In this document: positions 59,184-64,000 of the stretch, piece by piece
Position numbering within the stretch: position 1 is the stretch's first letter
How the letters are laid out: each line of letters opens with the position of its first letter
Assembly (NCBI GenBank): GCA_021786945.1
Contig: JAJYMK010000003.1
Location: 393,471 to 457,470, forward strand
Length of the DNA stretch: 64,000 nt
Source of the DNA: a bacterium
Lineage (GTDB): Bacteria > Patescibacteriota > Minisyncoccia > UBA6257 > 02-FULL-45-10c
Direction: 5' to 3'
Program-made: the position numbers and the translations under genes
The notes under the pieces: model-generated
Told to the model about the DNA's origin: nothing
The model's database searches: none
The model's input: the letters and a program-made list of their open reading frames with translations, nothing else

Positions 59184-59822
59184 TTAATCCTGTTTTAAAT
59201 AATTATAATCATTTTTGAAAACATACTCAGAAATCCTGAAAATACCGTAAGTCATAAAAAAAGCTGCAAATACATCTATTGAATAATGCAGGTGTCCAAG
59301 CAATACAGAAACTCCGGCGATTAAACTTGCCAATATAAAGATATACCTAAGTTTTTTCTTGTCCCAGAAAATCAAAGCCATTAAAAATGGCAGACCGGTA
59401 TGTCCAGAAAAAAATAAATCTCCTCCAAATACAAAAAATTTATTTATGCTGTTTATGATAAGCGGTGACTGATCCGGCGACGGCCCAATATGTGTAAGCG
59501 ATATGGAAATGGAACGTATTATAAAAAAAATTGCCGTGCTTTTTAAAACAAAGGGAATGTATTTGGGATAAAAAAACAATAATAATGCCAAAAAAGAAAT
59601 AAAAATAATTGCCCCGTCCAAAAATATAAAATCAACATTCATGGCTGGTACATTATCTAAAACAATATCTGTCACTGCTGGCCCGGCATGTTCTGTGGCG
59701 TATACGCCGGCATTGTAATTAATGATCAAGCTTGCAATCAACAATAAAAAGCCAACTAAGACTGAGACTAAGAAAGTCTTCTGCGACCAATGAACCCTAT
59801 GTTTTCCTATAATTCCCTCCAT
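59184..59822 (-). CDS. PAP2-like membrane protein of the sphingomyelin-synthase-like (PAP2_C) type
   Basis: DLFFSGHT and H.HYSIDV motifs; about six TMs. Confidence 0.8.
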   Translation of the reverse strand: MEGIIGKHRVHWSQKTFLVSVLVGFLLLIASLIINYNAGVYATEHAGPAVTDIVLDNVPAMNVDFIFLDGAIIFISFLALLLFFYPKYIPFVLKSTAIFFIIRSISISLTHIGPSPDQSPLIINSINKFFVFGGDLFFSGHTGLPFLMALIFWDKKKLRYIFILASLIAGVSVLLGHLHYSIDVFAAFFMTYGIFRISEYVFKNDYNYLKQD

Positions 59823-59853
59823 GGGTAATAATATAAACCCAAAAAGATTTTTT

Positions 59854-60864
59854 TTAAATACCTAATAAATTTTTATAAATATCTGATGTTTTTTGGGCTA
59901 AAAATTCGATGCTCTTATTTTGAGCCAAAATTTTTGCCCCCCTGCTCAATCTTTCCCTCAATTCTTTATCGGCAATAAGTTGTTTCAAATAATTTTCAAA
60001 CTCTTCCATATTTTTTGCTTTAAGGCAGTTTTCATTATGAACCAGCCAGCCATTATAAACCGGGATATCCCGTACTAAAATCGGTAAACCAACGGCCGCA
60101 GCTTCCAAAATAGACATACCCTCATTTTCTTCATAAGAAGGAAAAATAAAAACATCTAAGGTGTTGTAAGCGGCAGCTATATCGTCAACATGTCCGGTAA
60201 ATTTCGTATTCGCCGGTAATTTTTCCGGCAATCCCTGTGAAAGCAACTTGCTGTAAATTTTTCCAAACCAAACAAATTGATTTTTAGGAAACTTCTCAGC
60301 TAGGGCCAAAAAAGTATCTATTCCTTTTCTGGGAATAACCAGCCCTGTAATACCCACAACGATTCCAGATAAATCGTATTGTTTTCGCGCCAATTCCCTT
60401 CTGCCGGAATCATAAAAATATTTTTTAACATCTACCCCATTGGACATAACCACGATTTTGGAAGCGGCGATGCCATAATTAATCAAAAGATTTTTTGTGT
60501 ATTCACTGGGAGAAAAAATAATATCAGCCTGATTATAAGCATAACCCAGATATTTTTTGGCTATAGGAGATAAAATATTACTAAATCTGAATACGCCTCT
60601 TATATCTTCGGCGCTGACATGGGACCAAATTATAACTTTCTTACCCATTCTTTTAGCTTTTTTAATCAAATACAGTGATTTGAGCCACGGCGTGTTTATC
60701 TGTAAAATATCACAAGAATCATCCCATTTTTCAGTAAATTCAATCCCCATGCTTTTCAAGATAACCCGCTGATTTTTATAAGAAGACAAGAGGCCTGTAC
60801 CTATTTTTTTAAACAAAATTCCTCCTAAAAAATGATAAAACTCCAAATAAAGACAAATTTTCAT
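59854..60864 (-). CDS. GT4-family glycosyltransferase
   Basis: SNGVD, RKG, FIFPSYEENEG.SILEA.A.GLP. Confidence 0.9.
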   Translation of the reverse strand: MKICLYLEFYHFLGGILFKKIGTGLLSSYKNQRVILKSMGIEFTEKWDDSCDILQINTPWLKSLYLIKKAKRMGKKVIIWSHVSAEDIRGVFRFSNILSPIAKKYLGYAYNQADIIFSPSEYTKNLLINYGIAASKIVVMSNGVDVKKYFYDSGRRELARKQYDLSGIVVGITGLVIPRKGIDTFLALAEKFPKNQFVWFGKIYSKLLSQGLPEKLPANTKFTGHVDDIAAAYNTLDVFIFPSYEENEGMSILEAAAVGLPILVRDIPVYNGWLVHNENCLKAKNMEEFENYLKQLIADKELRERLSRGAKILAQNKSIEFLAQKTSDIYKNLLGI

Positions 60865-60865
60865 G

Positions 60866-62035
60866 TTATTTATTTTTAATTACTTTTTTATAGGCCTCTT
60901 CTAATAATTTTACAATTTTTTCTTCGGAAAATTCCAATGCTAATTCCCTTGAAGCTAAAGCAAATTTATGTCTGAGCTTATCGTCTTCACACAGCTCGAC
61001 AATTTTCTTGGCAATATCTTCAAAAACATCGGGAGCGACAATGAATCCGTTTTTATTATTTTTGACTATCTCGGGAACGCCCAAGGAATCGACTCCAATA
61101 ACCGGTAGTCCCGCCGACATAGCTTCCATAACGGAAAGTGGCATGTTTTCGCTCTTACTTGCAGTTATAAAAACATCTCCGGCTTGAAGAATTTTCAAAA
61201 GCTCTTTGCCTCGCGCAAAGCCATAAAATATAACTTTATCTTCAACTCCGATTTTTTTGGAAAGTTCTTTCAGATTTTCCTTATATGGCCCATCTCCCAC
61301 AATCATTAATTTCAAGCCGTGAATTTTTTTTGTGGCTATAGCCAAAGCCCTTATTACCTGATCAATACTTTTTTCATAACTTACCCTGCCCATATAGACC
61401 AATAGCTTCCCTTTTATATCTAAATCCTCTTTAAGTTTTTTCTTCTCATCTTCACTTCCGGCCGGAATAAAAAACTCTGTATCTATAAAATTTGGTACAA
61501 TTTGAGCCAAACTCTTCAGCTTCCCGATCTTTAAAGCCTCTAGCAAGGATTTTGATGGGCTCAAAATAAGATTGCATCTATTATAAAAAGCCATAGTTGA
61601 ATGCCATGTGAGCTTTTTTATTTTTTCAAAATCCAAATAAACATACTTAAGATAATGATCAAAAAAAGTGTGGTGAGTGCCTACAATCGGAATGCCGAAT
61701 ATTTTTCCAGCCAAAACAGCTTCAATACCAACACCAAATGGAGTATGTAAATGAATTACATCCGGTTTAAATTTAGCGATTTCTTTAATTCCGAAACCCA
61801 TCGGAATGGTAAGTCTCTCCCCTGGATAACCAAAAAACGGAAGTGAAGGTAAAAAAATAAGACTGGGATTATCCGAATAACCAGAAAGTTTCTTGCTGGC
61901 ATCTTTAGATGAAGTTGCGATAAAAACACGCACTTCGTGCCCGTTCTTCGCCAAAGCCGCGGCTGATTTCCAGACAAAATGAGAAACTCCATTTATTTGG
62001 GGCGGAAATGTATCGGTAAAAATTGCGATTTTCAT
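60866..62035 (-). CDS. GT4-family glycosyltransferase (diacylglycerol glucosyltransferase-like)
   Basis: MKIAIFTDTF.PQINGV, HTPF.VG, T.HT, GRVS.EK, SKSE..P....EAM..GLP. Confidence 0.9.
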   Translation of the reverse strand: MKIAIFTDTFPPQINGVSHFVWKSAAALAKNGHEVRVFIATSSKDASKKLSGYSDNPSLIFLPSLPFFGYPGERLTIPMGFGIKEIAKFKPDVIHLHTPFGVGIEAVLAGKIFGIPIVGTHHTFFDHYLKYVYLDFEKIKKLTWHSTMAFYNRCNLILSPSKSLLEALKIGKLKSLAQIVPNFIDTEFFIPAGSEDEKKKLKEDLDIKGKLLVYMGRVSYEKSIDQVIRALAIATKKIHGLKLMIVGDGPYKENLKELSKKIGVEDKVIFYGFARGKELLKILQAGDVFITASKSENMPLSVMEAMSAGLPVIGVDSLGVPEIVKNNKNGFIVAPDVFEDIAKKIVELCEDDKLRHKFALASRELALEFSEEKIVKLLEEAYKKVIKNK

Positions 62036-62036
62036 T

Positions 62037-62864
62037 TTATATATTCCTTAAAAATTCTAAAATTTCTTCTGTAACCTCCTCCTGAGAATTAGTTCCGACA
62101 AAATGACTATTTGTTTTGGAAAAAATAATTTTGGCATCCGGTAATTTTTCTTTGACTTCGCCAATTTCTTTTTTAGTGATGAAGGGATCATGCCCGCTGT
62201 ATATCAAAAGCGCCGGTACCTTAATTTTTCCTATAACATCCCTAAAATCAAAGGATACGGTTTGGGTAATAAGCCATAAATTCACCGAAATTGGCATAGT
62301 TCTGAGACCATCCAAAACAGAATCCCAGTATCCTGCCGCCTTACCGTGCTGATAATAATGATACTCTTTTCTTTCTTGCCATAAAAGCAGATTTGCCAAC
62401 TGTTCAACTATCCAGATCCCAATACGCGTTATAAAGCCTAAACCTCTGTATTCCAGAGGATTGGCATGATTTGCACCCAAAACTATTAAACCACCCAAAA
62501 ACTCCGGGTATTTAGCGGCATAATCAAAAGAGATGGATCCGCCAAAAGAATAACCAACCAAAATCGGTTTTTCTATTTTTTCCTTATCCACTATTTTTTT
62601 TAAATCTTCAGAAAAAACCGGTATTTGATATAAATTCTTATCCTTGGTCTTATCGGAAAAGCCGTGCCCGCGTAAATCAACGGAAATACTGTTGTATTTA
62701 TTTTCGTGAAGTACATTAATTATCCCCGTCCAAGTCGTATGATTCGAAGAAAGTCCATGAATAAAAATCAAAGTCGGCCTGCCCGGAAAAGAAATGTCGG
62801 AAAAATAAAAAACCTTGCCGTTCCTATTCTCTATATACTTTTTTTCCAAATCAACGTTATTCAT
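62037..62864 (-). CDS. Alpha/beta-fold hydrolase
   Basis: FIHG, DLRGHG.S, GYSFGG nucleophile elbow, D and C-terminal H. Start taken at MNNVD. Confidence 0.88.
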   Translation of the reverse strand: MNNVDLEKKYIENRNGKVFYFSDISFPGRPTLIFIHGLSSNHTTWTGIINVLHENKYNSISVDLRGHGFSDKTKDKNLYQIPVFSEDLKKIVDKEKIEKPILVGYSFGGSISFDYAAKYPEFLGGLIVLGANHANPLEYRGLGFITRIGIWIVEQLANLLLWQERKEYHYYQHGKAAGYWDSVLDGLRTMPISVNLWLITQTVSFDFRDVIGKIKVPALLIYSGHDPFITKKEIGEVKEKLPDAKIIFSKTNSHFVGTNSQEEVTEEILEFLRNI

Positions 62865-63450
62865 AAGACCTGTCCTTTTCTTTTTTGTTGTAATAGGCAA
62901 AAAATACTAAGGTAACCACGATACCAATACAAATCGAAGCGGCGCCAAAAAATTCAAAAAAAGAATTTATCTTTCCCACTGCCTGTCCAAAATAAAAACC
63001 GGCTAAAAGCAACAATAAAGATTTCACCAAGGTAGCCGTCATATTGGCAAATACAAATTTAGAAAAAGCCATTTTTGCCAATCCTGCGGCCACTAAAAAT
63101 AAGGCGCCTATTCCATGTGTCATCTTTCCTATAAAAAGAGTTTTATCACCGTGCTTTTCAAAATGTTTTTCAACGTGCTCCACCCTATCGGCCCTCAAGC
63201 CAATATATTTTCCCCATTTTTCCAAGAAACTTTCCCTTCCGAATCTGCCAATAGCATAATAAATAATATCACCGCCCAAATCTCCGGCCACCACCACCGC
63301 GTAAGTTATAAAAAAATTTAAATATCCAAGAGACGCTGCCAAACCTGCAATCACGGTTACAATAGGACCTTCTATAACCACCAATGGAAATAAAATAAAA
63401 TATCCGTATATTTGCAGCCAATTTATAATTTGATCCGCTGAAAAAGTCAT
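62857..63450 (-). CDS. DedA/VTT-family membrane protein
   Basis: EGP, GD...Y..GR, F.KHG...LF.GK, AG..KM...KF...N. Confidence 0.9.
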   Translation of the reverse strand: MTFSADQIINWLQIYGYFILFPLVVIEGPIVTVIAGLAASLGYLNFFITYAVVVAGDLGGDIIYYAIGRFGRESFLEKWGKYIGLRADRVEHVEKHFEKHGDKTLFIGKMTHGIGALFLVAAGLAKMAFSKFVFANMTATLVKSLLLLLAGFYFGQAVGKINSFFEFFGAASICIGIVVTLVFFAYYNKKEKDRSYE

Positions 63451-63488
63451 TTAATATTTAAAATATCTTAATCAAGTTTTTAAAATTG

Positions 63489-63559
63489 TTCCGGAACAGG
63501 GATTCGAACCCCAATTTTCGCTTCCAGAGAGCGACGTCCTACCATTAGACGATTCCGGA
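63489..63559 (-). tRNA. tRNA-Gln(CTG)
   Basis: TCCGGAA...TTCCGGAA, anticodon arm TCGCT-CTCTGGA-AGCGA. Confidence 0.94.
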
Positions 63560-63618
63560 ATAAATAAATATATAAAATATATCTTTAAATATAATATACT
63601 TTAAATTCAAAAAATTCC

Positions 63619-63741
63619 ATACCAGGCAGTGAAAATTCAATAGTAAAAAAAATATACATAGCAATTATTTTAGACGGTTATTAAAATTAAATTTAATTTG
63701 CCCGATATTCATATATTGATTGAATTTCTACTGCCCGGCAT
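63619..63741. repeat. Imperfect inverted repeat (~23-bp arms) around an AT-rich spacer
   Basis: ATACCAGGCAGTGAAAATTCAAT ... ATTGAATTTCTACTGCCCGGCAT. Confidence 0.55.
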
Positions 63742-63750
63742 AGCCCATTG

Positions 63751-63812
63751 ACCCCGCACCTTTAGAAAATTAACAAAAAAAACAAAGTCTTGATTCTCTA
63801 AAAGTGCGGGGT
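63751..63812. repeat. Inverted repeat ACCCCGCACC...GTGCGGGGT
   Basis: ACCCCGCACCTTTAGA (63751-63766) / TCTAAAAGTGCGGGGT (63797-63812). Confidence 0.65.
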
Positions 63813-63879
63813 TGACTTACGTTTCCTAAGTAGTAACCTAAAAGTAGGAGAAGTTCTTTAATAAAAAAACTTATCTTGC

Positions 63880-64000
63880 TAATAATTCCTAAGCGCGTTG
63901 CTGAGATAAGTTGAAAATTTCAAGGCATGCCGACGAGCTAGTGGTGTATACCACAGCGAGGAGGCATAACACAGAAATTTTCAATTCTTAGATAGCAACC
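63880..64000 (+). repeat. Second, diverged copy of the 13809-14079 element (runs off the window edge)
   Basis: TAATAATTCCTAAGCGCGTTG...TTCAAGGCATGCCGACGAGCTAGTGGTGTATACCACAGCGAGGAGGCATAAC aligns with the reverse complement of about 13948-14066. Confidence 0.75.

Noticed and set aside
1-64000. CRISPR array, integron or prophage
   Set aside because: No regularly spaced direct repeats, integrase, cas or phage structural genes were recognised. The hairpins between genes fit intrinsic terminators.

Overview
Low-GC, gene-dense bacterial chromosome segment, mostly on the minus strand, using genetic code 11 (leuS ends in TGA). Gene content suggests a Candidate Phyla Radiation (Patescibacteria, probably Parcubacteria) genome: short rpoB/rpoC, alpha2-type GlyRS, rpsF-ssb-rpsR without rplI, DUF4012, pilin-LamG and FN3/DUF11 surface proteins. 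It carries housekeeping genes (leuS, metG, glyS, topA, dprA, rel, parB, rpoBC, rodA, mltG, truB, queA, dut, cca), nine tRNAs and a 23S-5S rRNA unit with its own promoter and no adjacent 16S. The main unexplained features are as follows. (1) A ~250-nt multibranched non-coding RNA candidate with promoter and terminator lies between tatD and metG. (2) A ~270-bp structured repeat with terminal inverted repeats sits in the glyS leader, with a diverged second copy at the window end. (3) Short palindromic REP-like elements lie in frame inside truB, queA and a methyltransferase. (4) A pilin-LamG gene is split by a single in-frame TAA, and its pilin module shows inverted GC skew. (5) Orphan genes share a promoter + boxA-like + strong Shine-Dalgarno leader. 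(6) Two similar unannotated small membrane ORFs flank an FN3 surface gene. (7) There is a putative lipid-remodelling cluster. All family calls come from motif recognition by eye; no searches were run.
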